Counted from the stretch's first letter, positions 49,468-63,047 are shown. The stretch is 64,000 nucleotides of DNA from Octopus sinensis (GCF_006345805.1 NC_042997.1:33170001-33234000), one strand, 5' to 3'. Program-made: numbers and translations. The notes: generated from the letters alone by a model not told the origin.

Positions 49468-49503
49468 CAGTACCGGTTTCAGCCATTGAGACTTTTTCAA
49501 CTG
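49468..49503 (-). ncRNA. Minimal type I hammerhead with compensatory U3-A8 core
   Basis: Minus strand cag-UUGAAAA-AGUC-ucaau-GGCU-GAAA-C-cg-G-UA/cug; palindromic ACCGGU stem III. Confidence 0.72.
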
Positions 49504-49821
49504 TAACAATTAAAGAATTAAATTTGGAAAAATTAAAAGAAAAGTTTTTTTAAAAGAATATTTGTATAGTGTTCAAATACAAGTGGCATTTTCCTTGTCT
49601 CTGCCTGTCTCTGTCTCTCTTGTTTACTCTTGTGGGTTCGAGGTCATTGTGAATTCTTGGTAGAGAAGAAGAAGAAAAAGAAGAAGAAGGCGTTGCAAGA
49701 CTAATAACCTGGTGTAGGACTCAATATATGTATGTTTCAGAATGAAGTGTTAGATGAGTATAGAGCAGTAATAAGAAAATGAGATGACAAAGGAATAAAT
49801 GATTATCTTATGAACCTTGTT

Positions 49822-49902
49822 AGCTTACAGCTGTTTCTGCTATAACATGCAGTGGACTCATAGTTGGATGCTTGAATTACACCTTATAGCTTCATTGGAG
49901 CC
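49822..49902 (-). ncRNA. Decayed hammerhead motif
   Basis: Minus strand ggcu-CCAAUGA-a-GCUAUAA..UUAUAGC-a-GAAA-CAGCUG-UA/agcu. All three stems are present, but the core has U4C and G5A. Confidence 0.55.
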
Positions 49903-49984
49903 TCAAATACACACACACACTTATATATATATATATGTGTGTGTATCATTTTACATGCATGTGTCTGTGTGTGTTTTATGAGAG

Positions 49985-50350
49985 GACAAACACAGACACG
50001 AACACTCAAATATATACATACATATATATGACAGGCTTCTTTCAGTTTCTTATTTCTTTATTGCCTACAAGAGGCTAAACATAGAGGGGACAAACAAGGA
50101 CAGACAAAGGGCTTAAGTTGATTACATTGACCCCAGTGCATAGCTGGTACTTAATTTATCAACCCTGAAAGGATGAAAGGCAAAGTTGACCTTGGTTGAA
50201 TTTGAACTCAGAACGTTACAGCAGACGAAATAATTCTAAGCATTTCTCCCGGTGTGCTAACGTTTCTGCCAGCTCGTTTCTGTCTACCAAATCCACTCAC
50301 AAGGCTTTGGTTGGACCAAGGCTGTAATAGAAGACACTTGCCCAAGGTGC
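49985..50350 (-). mobile_element. SINE A with a nested SINE B1 (50041-50276)
   Basis: A sequence ttcagtttct|..|gtttctgtctacc is split by a B1 body; gtttct is duplicated. Confidence 0.85.
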
Positions 50351-51150
50351 CAATGTGTTTCCTCGTGCAAGCATCACTGTATCATTAAGAAGTTTGCCTA
50401 ACAGCTATGTGGTTCTGGATTCATGTCCAATGTATGGAACTGAAAGCAAGTGTCTTCTACTTTAATCACAAGCTGACCAATACCATGAGGATGAAACTGA
50501 TAGACAGAAGTTTTACAAAAGCCATGTGTCTGTGTGGTCATACATGCAGCATGACCATGTGGTAAAGAAACTGATTTCACAATCATATGATCCCAAAATT
50601 AATCTAATTCGGTGATGTCCTGAACAAATATCTTTAATCATAGCCTAGTGCCATCCCAAACCGTGTCATTGACCAGGTCCCAAAGGACACATTTTCAACC
50701 ATAAGGAAACCAGTAATATAAGGTTGAATTTGAAGTGAGAATGCAATGAGCTAGAAGGCAAGCTGCAAAGTGTCTAATCTTAATTTCTAACAATTCCACC
50801 GACAAACTGCCTTAGACTGGCACTTTATTTATGAATCATGTTAACCTCACTGGATTTTGAACTCAAGGTGTAAAGAACACTTCAAAATGTTTTATCCAAA
50901 GCTCCAGTAACTCTGCTTGTCTTCTGTTTAATTTTAATATTTGTGTATAACGAATTTGTACATCAAATGCAATTGTCAAACATGACCACCTGGCATGAAT
51001 CTCTTCATAAGATTGTAATGTTTTCTCTCTTTGGGTCGATGTGAATTTATGCAAGAACTGACTTCACGTAATGCAGTATGTGTACATTACATTCTAGGTG
51101 AATATGTTCAACACTTCCTTATCACATGGACAAATTTATCTCTCTTCCTC

Positions 51151-51205
<55 letters not shown>

Positions 51206-52163
51206 TCACTCGTGCATGTGAACAAACACACACATACATCCAAGTACATGTGCACACACGCAGACACACACGTATGCACACGCATACCAACTTAAAGATG
51301 TATGAAATGTATATTGGTGTATATAAATCTTCCTGACGCATGGGTTAGTGAATGTGTGTGTGAATGTCTGAGTTTGTGTGTGTGTATGTGTGTCTGTGTG
51401 TGTGTGTGTGTATGTGCATTGTGTGTGTGTGTGTGTGTGTGTATGTGTGTATAAAACAATTTTAGATCTTTTTTCTTCTTTTTATAGTTTTCGATGTTTT
51501 CCTCATAACAGATGTTTTAAGTCATATAATCAGTGTTGGAAAGGATTGGAATAATGCTTTTTCATGTGTGTGTGTGTGTGGTGTGTGTGTGTGTGTGTGC
51601 ATGTGTGAGTGTGTGTGTGTGGTGTGTGTGTGTGTATGTGTGTGTATGTATGTGTGTGTGTGTAGGTGTGTGTGTGTATGTGTGTGTAGGTGTAGGTGTA
51701 TGTGTATGTGTGCGTATGTGTATGTGTATGTGTGTGTATGTGTAGGTGTGTGTGTATGTGTATGTGTGTGTCTGTGTGTGTAGGTGTAAGTGTAGGTGTA
51801 GGTGTGTGTGTGTGTGTGTAGGTGTGTGTGTGTGTGCAAATAAATGTGTGCAAATAGCAACTGATTGAAATAGATCCTGCTTCAAGTGTATTATAGCTAA
51901 AATAAAAGTGGGTATCATACTAAGATATCAAGCTAAGAAGGTTAAGATAAGACAGAATCGGTGGCTGATGGAGCTCACAATTGAAAAACAACAGACTGAG
52001 CAAACAAACGTTGGTGTGTGTATGGCTGTGGGGTAATAAAGTTCATTTGGTAACCAGGGGGTTCCAAGTTTGATTTCTCAGCAGGAGAATTCTAGGGCAG
52101 ATGTCTCCAACTGTAACTTCAAATTGACCAATAGCCTGTAAGGAAAATTTGCTATATGGAAAC

Positions 52164-52250
<87 letters not shown>

Positions 52251-52414
52251 GGTGGGAGGGAGAGAGAGAGAGAGAGAGGAGAGAGACAGGGAGAGAGAGA
52301 GAGAGAGAGATGATCCTCAATGGTGTCAGTTGCAATAAAGCAAAAAAACATGAAGAGTTCTTGGTACTGTTTGGTAGAGTGGACTAACATTTATTTAAAG
52401 TTGAGCAGTGTGTA

Positions 52415-52827
52415 TACTCTTTACTCTTCTTACTCTTTTACTTGTTTCAGTCATTTGACTGCGGCCATGCTGGAGCACCGCCTTTAGTCGAGCAAATCGA
52501 CCCCGGGACTTATTCTTTGTAAGCCCAGTACTTATTCTATTGGTCTCTCTTGCCGAACCGCTAGGGTTACAGGGACGTAAACACACCAGCATCGGTTGTC
52601 AAGCAATACTAGGGGGACAAACACAGACACACAAACATACACACACACATATATATATACATATATACGACAGGCTTCTTTCAGTTTCCGTCTACCAAAT
52701 CCACTCACAAGGCTTTGGTCGGCCCGAGGCTATAGCAGAAGACACTTGCCCAAGATGCCACGCAGTGGGACTGAACCCGGAACCATGTGGTTGGTTAGCA
52801 AGCTACTTACCACACAGCCACTCCTGT
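52415..52827 (-). mobile_element. Full-length SINE A
   Basis: tactcttttacttgtttcagtc..cacacagccactcctgtg. Confidence 0.92.
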
Positions 52828-53071
52828 GTGTGTATGTATGTTATCATTTTGTTTTATTTCTAGATTTCTTGCCAGTGGGAGAAAGATTCAGTTTCTAACC
52901 CAGATCCAAGGCTCCTTCATTGGAATTTTAAATAAAAAAAACCAAAAGAGTATTTGTACCTGTTTGTATGTGTGCAGTATTTGGTGTCAGTGCGTGAGCA
53001 AATTTGTGTGTTTTTTTTTATATATATTTTCTCATTCATATACTTGCATGTCAAGACATGTGCAAATCATC

Positions 53072-53236
53072 ATCATCATCATCCTTTAACATCCGTTTTC
53101 CATGCTAGCATGGGTTGGACGGTTCGACAGGGTCTGCGAAGCCAGGAGGCTGCACCAGGCCCCAGTCTGATCTGGCAGTGTTTCTACAGCTGGATGCCCT
53201 TCCTAATGCCAACCACTCCGTGAGTGTAGTGGGTGC
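53072..53236 (-). mobile_element. Family C copy
   Basis: (ATC)n ctttaacatccgttttccatgctagc..gagtgtagtgggtgc. Confidence 0.88.
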
Positions 53237-53629
53237 ATATATAATTAGAAACTGTATGTATGTATGTTGCCTATGCTTCAAACCATGCAGATGTGCAGCA
53301 GGACTGAATAGTCATCTGAGAGGTCATGGATGGAAAGTTAGAAATGCTGTTGATAATGAGAATGCAAAAGGAGATGATAATCAATTGTGAAAATGGAGCA
53401 TTCACCATGCATGTATGTCATTATTCAGTTTTATTTCAAGATTTCTTGTCAAGAGAGAAAGAGCCAGTTTCTAACCTAGATCCAAGAATTTGGAATTTCA
53501 ACAACATCAACAGGATATTTTTGTATGTATGTATGTATGTATGTACACATGCATATTTGTATGTTTTGCTTTATGTATATATTTTCACGCATCATCATTA
53601 TCATCATCATCATCATCATCACCATCACC

Positions 53630-53878
53630 ATCATCATCATCGTTTAATGTCCGCTTTCCATGCTAGCATGGGTTGGACGATTTGACTGAGGACTGGCGAA
53701 CCAGATGGCTGCACCAAGCTCCAATCTTGATTTAATATATATATATATATATATAAAATATATTTGGCAGAGTTTCTACAGCTGGATGCCCTTCCTAACG
53801 CCAACCACTCCGAGAGTGTAGTGGGTGCTTTTACGTGCCACCGGCATGAGGGCCAGTCAGGCGGTACTGGCCACAATC
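53630..53878 (-). mobile_element. Family C copy containing a (TA)n insertion or expansion
   Basis: Body split by about 30 bp of (TA)n at 53735-53762. Confidence 0.85.
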
Positions 53879-55261
53879 ACGGAAAATCGTGTTTTTTTTT
53901 ATAGTTGAATATCTAGACATGCTTATATATACTTAAATAGTAAACTTTTGATAAACTATGTATCTATGTAGGTGGGTATGTGTGTGCATGTGTGTCTATG
54001 TGTGTATATGTATGTATTTATGTACAGGTACACATACTTATGTTAGATATACCTACATCTTATGTGTGGGGTGGTATGTGTGTGTATGTGTGTATAGCTA
54101 TACAAATACACACATATATGAGATGTACATACATTTTATGTGTGTGTATGTGTAAAGTGGAATAACAGCTTTTCATTCAAAAATGTTAAATTTAAGACAT
54201 GATAGTATGATAGGGATATCCCATAATCCTGTTTCACTAAGGACATGACACCGTCCCTTGTTACCTGTTATTTGTAAAGCTGGGTGGCAAGCAAGCAGAG
54301 AAAGCATGGTTGTGAGGTTCTTTTAATTCTGTCCTGCTGAGAGTTTGTTTATTCAACTCTCTAATGTTGGTGTCATGAGAAATTGCTACAAGTTCACTCT
54401 GTAAAGCGGTTGGCAACTGAAAGGACATCCAGCTGTTGAAACCAAGACAGAACGGCATGCATGAGACAAGACTATGACAGCAGTAGCTCCCAATAAGGAA
54501 GGACTCAGACTGCTATGGCCCGTCCAACTCATGTTACCATGAAAAGTGGACCTAAAAATGATGATGATGATGATGGTGGTGATGATTGTGTTCATGTTTG
54601 ATCTGTTTGATGAAAGGTTTTTTTTTCAAATTACCTCATTAGTCCAATAATAATACATTCACAGTCTCATCATCAGAATGAAGTGATGCTAATAAAAAAG
54701 CATGCTATTTGCCTGCTTTGAAGTAATTTGCAAAGCATCATGGGAATATTGTTATAATTTATAAAATCATCAACAACAGATTTAAAAGTTCTTAGAATGG
54801 TAAGTTCTTGTTGATTTTAATGATTTATTTTTCACGTGATGTGTCTGTACGGTGATTTTGGTTTGTATTTTACTCTTCATAAAGCTTCCATAGTTATTTT
54901 TCTCATTTTTATATAATTTATATAAAACTGCAGTGCTACCATCTACTGTTTTTCTATTAACTCTATTTTGTTAAATGTATTGAATTGTGATTGGTCCTTG
55001 TTGTAAATGCTTGGTCAACCAAAGAGAAAGTGTGTCCAGTGTAACAGTTCAAGTCACAAAGCTTGCAATCTTCATGTTTACACTGAAATTTGTATATTTC
55101 ATTAGTTGTCTGAATTATATTCTGTGGTTTGCAACTTTATGGTTTCATGCCAAGCAAATCTTTCATTCTGTGTTATTGTAATATATTCTGATTAAGCTAT
55201 GAATTAGTGGTTAGGTGTGGTACATGTTGTACATTGTTTTATGAGTATTTTTGATGATGAT

Positions 55262-55625
55262 GATCATCATCATCATCGTTTAGCGTCTGCTTTCCATGCT
55301 GGCATGGGTTGGACGGTGTAACTGGGGTCTGGGAAGCCAGAAGGCTGCACCAGGCCCAGTCTGATCTGGCAATGTTTCTACGGCTGGATGCCCTTCCTAA
55401 CACCAACCACTCCATGAGTGTAGTGAGTGCTTTTTATGTGCCACCGGCACAGGTGCCAGATGAGGCTGGCAAACGGCCACGATCGGATGGTGCTTTTTAT
55501 GTGCCACTGGCACGGAAGCCAGTCGGGGCGGCGCTGGCAACGGCCATGTTTGGATGGTTCTCTTATGTGCCACCGGCACTGGTATCACAGCTACAATTTC
55601 CATTCATGTTGATCGATTTTGATTT
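55262..55625 (-). mobile_element. Family C copy with three internal repeat units
   Basis: (ATC)n tail; ttatgtgccac occurs three times. Confidence 0.9.
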
Positions 55626-56557
55626 TTGATTAAAATGTTAGCAATGATATATTCATCTATTTTATAACATTGTCTTGGCTTAACAGCCCTTAACATTTGT
55701 TTTTACTGTTTTGTTCCCATTGTTCTGTCTTTTACTGTTTTTACTTTTTTATTGTTTTTACTGTTTTGTTCTCACAGTCCTGTTCTTGTTACCACTTTTA
55801 CCCTCCGCAAATACCCAAATTTTATTTAATTTGCTTTTCAGGAAGGACTGTTTCAATGAAATCACATCTTGTCCTTACCTTCGAAATGTGGAGTAATTGA
55901 AACAAGGACAACTGAAGAAGGGGAATATTCTTTATGTTGTATGTCTTGTACTCTGTTTTTTTTCATTGCATGAAAAATAAGTTTGTTTTTATGCTTTTGT
56001 TTTTATGTTTTCGTTTCTCATTGTGTTCCACATTTTTTGATGTCCTGTACCCATATATGCATGTGTGTGTATATATATATATACACACACACACACATAC
56101 ATATATATACATATGTGTGTGTATGTATGTGTGTGCATGCATGTGTGTGAGTGTGTGTGTGTGTGTGCGCATATCATTATCATCATCTTGACCACTTAGT
56201 ATTTTTCCATGCTTGCATGGACCAGAAGGAATTTGTTGAGGGAGACTTTCTATAACCCAATGCCCTTTCTGTCATTAACTCTCATGCCTTTCTAAACGAG
56301 GTTATATCTCCACATGGCCAGACATTTCCCACAAAAGACTGGAGGCAAACAATTTCATGTGTATGACAGTGATGCTCGTCTACAACCATCGCATGATGTC
56401 AAAACAAGAGCAAACATGAACGCATACACACATGTACATATATAAGTACCTTCTCTCTACTAATATTCATTCAAATATATGGAAAATAAAAAAAAACAAA
56501 TAAATGTCTTTGTATGTATGAAGCGTGTGTGTGTGTGTGCCAGTGTGTGTATGTGCG

Positions 56558-56790
56558 TGAGGCGAGCTGGCAGAAACGTTAGCACACTGGGCAAAATGCT
56601 TTGTGGTATTTCGTTTGCCGTTACGTTCTGAGTTCAAATTCTGCCGAGGTCGACTTTGCCTTTCATCCTTTCGAGGTCGATAAATTAAGTACCAGTTACA
56701 CACTGGGGTCGATATAATCGACTTAATCCGTTTGTCTGTCCTTGTTTGTCCCCTCTATGTTTAGCCCCTTGTGGGCAATAAAGAAATAAG
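56558..56790 (+). mobile_element. SINE B1
   Basis: gaggcgagctggcagaaacg..gggcaataaagaaataag. Confidence 0.9.
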
Positions 56791-57033
56791 TATGCGTGTG
56801 TGTGGGGGGGATTGGTGTTTGAGGGTGTATGTATGACTGTGTATATGTTCGTACTTGTGTTTGCATGTCTGTATGTGTGCTTATATGTGAGCTTGCACAT
56901 ATAGACTTATGTACACTTGTATATACATTTTATGTACTAGTAAATCTCAAACAAATAAGAAAGAGTAGATAAAGAGAAAGGAAGAGAGAAAGAGAAAGAA
57001 AAAGACAAAATGTGTGTATGTCAGCAAGTGTGT

Positions 57034-57073
<40 letters not shown>

Positions 57074-57471
57074 ATACACGCATGCATGCGTGTTCACTTG
57101 TATGGTGTAGAGACAAATGAAATGAGAAGCTGGGATGATTTAATATTGCAGCTGGCATGTCAGATGTCATAGGTACATGATCAGCTGCCAAGAAAAGCAG
57201 TGTAGGTGGATTGTGATCGAGGAAAGACACAGAATGACTTGCTATTGAGTGGAATATAACCTTATATATATGCTATTAATTGTAATGTTTTTTATAGAGC
57301 AATGGTAATGTCCAAATTCATGTAATTAGAGATGCGTGTGTGTGTGTACATGTGTATATTTGTATGTGTGTGTGTGTGTGTGCACACTTACACACGAATA
57401 TGCACATACTTATACACATGCATATACATATCAATTATATAGGTTATAGCCTATATTTGTGTGTGTGTGTA

Positions 57472-57520
<49 letters not shown>

Positions 57521-59644
57521 TGTGTGTGTGGGATCTGAAGATGTTGCATTTCATGAACGAAATGACAAAGATCTGTGTCGGTTGATGACATGCAGTGCAG
57601 GAGGAGACCTGACCACCCATGCAAGCAAAGCCAGCAAATGTTAAAATTGATATAGTGATGGAGACTTGGAAAGCATAAAACACACACACACGCACACACA
57701 CGCACACACACACACACACACACACATCTTCAGTCAACTTCTATCTTGGATATCTCCTCTCATCTCTCTATCACTCTCTCCTCTTTTCCTTTCCTTTCAC
57801 TGTACAATACTACTGGTATAACTGAAGATGGAAATGCGTTTCTCCTATTCTCTGTATCATTCCAGTGTAACTCAACCTCCTCATCTCTCCACATTTAACC
57901 TCTTCCATCCTTGCACTTCTCATCCTTCACAAGGCATCAGAACTAAAAGAGTGCATCAGATCTACATGTACATTGTACATACAGATTTATCATTAACCTT
58001 CTTATACTTTCAGTCAACACTCCCTCATCCTCAGGCCACTTATTGACAACCATTATTTTACTCTTAACCATTTATCCACCTTTATTACTATTAATCAGTA
58101 TTTTAACCCATCTACCTTCTTTCTCTAATTACACTATTCCTGCCATTACACTTCTATTCCCTTTCATTCACCAATCTATTATAGTTCTTCTCGGCCATTA
58201 CTTTTTCCTCTATTCACCTCCCTAGCTATGTAGGTAGGTTTGAATATGCAGATCATGGAATATGCACATCATGCAAGAATTCTGTAATCTTACATGGTAC
58301 AAAGCAATCCTACTGCTAGCATTGGTGTCACTGTAAAATCCACCGGGACACTCTGTAACATGATTGCTGCATGTATGGAGACATGGGTATCAAGAGAAAC
58401 CTTTTTGTCTTGCCAAGGATATGAGAACCTCTTTAGTGTTGGTGCCAAGATAAAACACACCTAGTATCTTCTGTGAAGTGGTTCATAACAGACAGGGCAT
58501 CCAGCCATAGGAATGAAACCGAAAATAAAATTTAGAAGCAACATATGGCTTCTGACTTGTCTAGGAATGGCAGTTACTTTAAATAAAAACTGATTTGGAC
58601 TGTGACAATCTATTCAATCAATGCTAGCATGGAAAGTGGGTGTAAAACAATCCACTTTGATGTCAATATATGTGATAACAGATGGGTGTATGAATGGCAA
58701 TGAACTCAAGAAGCTACGCAATATGGTCTTGAATCAAATAATTTCTTTCACTCACTTGCTATAATATATTGTCAATATATTTGATATTTCAGTGGAAAAT
58801 ATCCTGGATGTAATACAAGCAAAATTACTGGATTTTATGTATTATTGTGATTTTGCTGTTACTTAAGGTTGTCACATCACCAGAGTAACCTTTGTATAGC
58901 AAACTTTCATGAAGGTAGAATCCTTAAACAAATTTTTCTTTCATGCTTGTATACTATAATGTTAATAGCATACAACTTCCTTTTCTAGTGCTGACAGAAA
59001 ATCTTGCCGAAATCTCCTTACTTCCAACAGCTGTGATTTTGTTTCCTTCTTTTATTCCTTCCCATCAACTCTCTTTGATGGCATCCATCATTGTTTCAAG
59101 TAAATACACGTACATGCTCACATACACAAGCAATTAAGGCACATACATATATGTGTGTATGTGTTGACATATGTGTATATAAATATGCATTATATGTATT
59201 TGTGTGCATGTGAGAGCACATGTCTGTGTGAACAAATGCATGCACGTTTGTGTGAGTATGATAAGACACATAATAATGCTTGATGTTTTCCATAACAAAT
59301 ATGACAATAGCCCATTAATAATTGCCATAGCAATATCAAATGACAATCATATCATACAGTAGTGAGTGGAAGGTTCTAAGAAATTACTCTGACTTCACTA
59401 TAGAATTGCAAACATTATGGCAATTAAGTATTGTGTCAATCATCCCATTTCCAACTGGCACAAATGGAACAACATACAACCACTTTTGTAAAGACTTTGA
59501 CAGATTACATTTAAGAAGAGATAAAGACATGTTCCAGATAATAGCAATAATACTAAAACTGATATATATATATATATAATTAGGGCATTCTTACACAGCA
59601 CATATTCCTTTATTTCTTATTTCATACTTTTACTTGTTTGTCAT

Positions 59645-59935
59645 ACATTCATGCATGCATACATACATACATACATACATACATACATACATACATACAT
59701 AGATGCATACATACATGCATACATACATGCATACATACATATATACATACATACATACATACATACGTGCATGCATACATACATACATACATATGTACAT
59801 ACGTACATACATACATGCATGCATACATACATACATACATGCATGCATGCATACATACATACATACATTCATACACACACACAAACACACACACACACAT
59901 ACATACATACATACATACATATATAAATATGTACA
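59645..59935. repeat. Degenerate (CATA)n tetranucleotide array
   Basis: Read directly from the sequence. Confidence 0.95.
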
Positions 59936-60059
59936 TATATACATACATGTGTGCATATACGCGTGCACACACACACAAGCATGTATCTTAAATCACAGTG
60001 ATACCTATTTATCAGCTAATAATTAATAGAGATGATCTTATTATCATATTATATTAAAT

Positions 60060-60295
60060 AAGGCAGTGAGCTGGCAAAATTGTTAGCGTGCCAAGTGAAA
60101 TGCTTAACAATATTTCATCCGTCTTTATGTTCTGAGTTCAAATTCCGACCTTGTCGACTTTACCTTTCATCCTTTCAGGGTCAATAAAATAAGTATCAGT
60201 GAAACCCTGTGGTCAATGTAATTAACTAGTCTATACTAGAAAGGAAAATTTCCCAGAAAATTTCAGGCCTTGTGCCTGCAGTAGAAAGGATTATT
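60060..60295 (+). mobile_element. SINE B2
   Basis: aaggcagtgagctggcaaaattg..tttcaggccttgtgcctgcagtagaaaggattatt. Confidence 0.85.
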
Positions 60296-60954
60296 ATATT
60301 ATATTAGTTTCAATATTAATTTAAATAAAGAAGTATTATTACTGTTATTAATGATAATAATAAGGTGGCTAGCAAGTTTACACTTTGACAGGCAAAATAT
60401 AAGCTAAATTTAGATTCAGTAGGATATTTGAATACCACTTACTATAATCAGAGCCATTGCTTGAAAACCATGAGTAATTCTTTATTAAGATACATACAGG
60501 CAATGCAATGAACATATTATATTAATGATTTCTTATATATAATGAATTTAATAGATATGACAATAATCAATTCTATCATAAGCACAAAACCATAAACCCT
60601 GCAAGAGTAAACAATGGATTATATTAATCCCAGTACTTTATTTCAACAACCCAGGGAGGATGAAAAATAAAGTTGACTGTAGTAGTACTTGAACTCAGAA
60701 CATAAAGAGAACTAAATGCAGCAAGGTATTTTATCTGGTGCTTTATCAATTTTGCCGAAATAATAATCCTTTCTCTTTTGTCTGTCTTTACATTCTGTGT
60801 TCAAATTCCACCGAGGTCGACTTTGCCTTTCATCCTTTCAGGGTTGATAAATTAAGTACCAGTTGCATACTGGGTCAATCTAATTGACTTGCCCTCCCTC
60901 CCCAAAATTTCAGGCTTTGTGCCTAGAGTAGAAAAGAATAATAATCATTCATTA

Positions 60955-61385
60955 AGGCTGCAAGCTGGCAGAAATGTTAGCATGCTTGGCAAAATGCGTA
61001 ACGGTATTTCATCTGTCCTTATGTTCTGAGTTCTAATTCTGCTGAGGTCGACTTTGCCTTTCATCCTTTTGGAGTCGATAAATTAAGTATCAGTTGCATA
61101 CTGGGTCAATCTAATTGACTGGACCCCTCCCAAAAAGTTTCGGGCCTTGTGCCTAGGGTAGAAAAGAATAATAATCCTTTCTAGTATAGACACAAGGCCT
61201 GAAATTTTGGGGGAGGGAAGTAGTCAACTGAATTGGCCCCAGTGTTTCACTGGTACTTAATTTATTGACCCTGAAAAGATGAAGGGCGAAGTCAACTTCA
61301 GCGGAATCAACTCAAAGTGTGGCAGCAGACAAAATGCTGCTAAGCATTTTGCCTGGTGTGCTAATGATTCTGCCAGCTTGCTGCC
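60955..61385. mobile_element. Two SINE B2 copies tail-to-tail
   Basis: Plus copy 60955-61172 abuts minus copy 61173-61385 at gaaaagaataataatcctttctag. Confidence 0.85.
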
Positions 61386-61395
61386 TCATTCTACC

Positions 61396-61449
<54 letters not shown>

Positions 61450-61464
61450 TAATAATATAATAAT

Positions 61465-61690
61465 AATTTCTTTATTGCCCACAAAGGGTTAAACATAAAG
61501 GGTACAAACAAGGACAGACAAACGGATTAAGTCAATTATATCGACCCCAGTGCGTAACTGGTACTTATTTAATCAACCCCAAAAGGATGAAAGGCAAAGT
61601 CGACCATGGCGGAATTTGAACTCAGAACGTAACAGCTGAAGAAATACCGCTAAGCATTTCGTCCAGTGTGCTAACGATTCTGCCAGCTCA
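61465..61690 (-). mobile_element. SINE B1 between (AAT)n tracts
   Basis: atttctttattgcccacaaaggg..ctgccagctc. Confidence 0.88.
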
Positions 61691-61769
61691 TAATAATAAT
61701 TCTAATAAAGATTTCAAACTTGGTTGTAAGCTATAAATTTTTTTTAGTCCCAAAGTGGAATCAGGTGAT

Positions 61770-61999
61770 TTAACCCCTTAACATTAAAAAAAAAATCACA
61801 TTCAGCTAAAATAATCTACCTGCTTTATCTTCAAAGTGACCAGATTTAGCTTCTCACACTTACCTTACAATATTATTCTAATCATAAACTATCATGTCAT
61901 TAAAATATCAAAGCTACAGGGCAATGCATAATTAATTGATACCTATATGAATAAATAAGCATTACATTTGACAGAGAAAGCTGAATGTTTAAGGGTTAA
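61770..61999. mobile_element. piggyBac-like MITE
   Basis: ttaacccctt..aagggttaa: TTAA at both ends with short CCCTT TIRs; homologous to 8316-8542. Confidence 0.75.
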
Positions 62000-62738
62000 T
62001 CAACCCCAACTATGAGACTGGTACACTATTTTATGAAACTCAGCCAGATGATTGATACTATTGACTTTGGTAGAACTTGAACTTAAAACATAATGGGAAA
62101 TAATTACAGGTTTGTGAAGGCAAGAATTTTCAATAATGGTTATAAACATACATAGCACCAAAAAGAGAGAAGAAGAGAAAATGAATGAGTAGGAAAAGTG
62201 AAAAGTTGTTCTACACAAATAGTATAACATGCATCAGCTTGTTTTAGTGACATGACATTTAAAAAGACTGAAAGAAATTATCTAAAGAGACAACTACATG
62301 AACCAGGAGATAGTGATGAAAGATTACGATGACAAAGAAAAATGCAGACATTTGATGTTGAACAAGAGTAGAAGAAACTGAAAAAAATATATATATATAA
62401 AACAGTCAGGTAAAGAAATGATGTAGGTGTTGTTGATTGAACTCTTTGGAAATTTACAGTCCAAATACTGACACCTGATAATAAAATATTGAAATTGTTA
62501 TTTTCTTTAAAGATTAAAAATGCACATATAAAGTAAGAATATTATGCTGGTCTATATTTGGAATTGGGATTTTTGAATACAGACTTTAAAATCTTTCTCA
62601 TTGAAAAGAGACAGTACCTGAATTATGAATAGCAGAATAGCAAAACTATTTAATATTTCATTTATAGTTGTGTGTGTGTGTGTGTGTGTGTGTGTGCATT
62701 TATTTATTTGTTATATTTGTATGTCTGTTTGTATTGTT

Positions 62739-63047
62739 TATTCTTTTATTCTTTTATTTGCTTCAGTCATTTTGACTGTGGCCACGCTGGAGCACCACCT
62801 TTAGTTGAACAAATAGACTCCAGGACTTATTCTTTGTAAGCCTAGTACTTATTCTATCGGTCTCTTTTGCCAAGTCACTAAGTTACGGGGATGTAAGCAC
62901 ACCGACATCGGTCGTCAAGCGATGGTGAGGGGACAAACACAGATATACAAACACACACACACACATATGTGATGGGCTTCTTTCAGTTTCCATCTACCAA
63001 ATCCATTCACAAGGGTTTGTTTGGCCCGAGGCTATAGCAGAAGACAC
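62739..63047 (-). mobile_element. SINE A, 5' end lost
   Basis: Tail and core present; ends at gaagacactt. Confidence 0.88.

Noticed and set aside
54702-54799. 33-codon ORF ending at a gtaagt donor
   Set aside because: No convincing acceptor or promoter context and no homology recognised.
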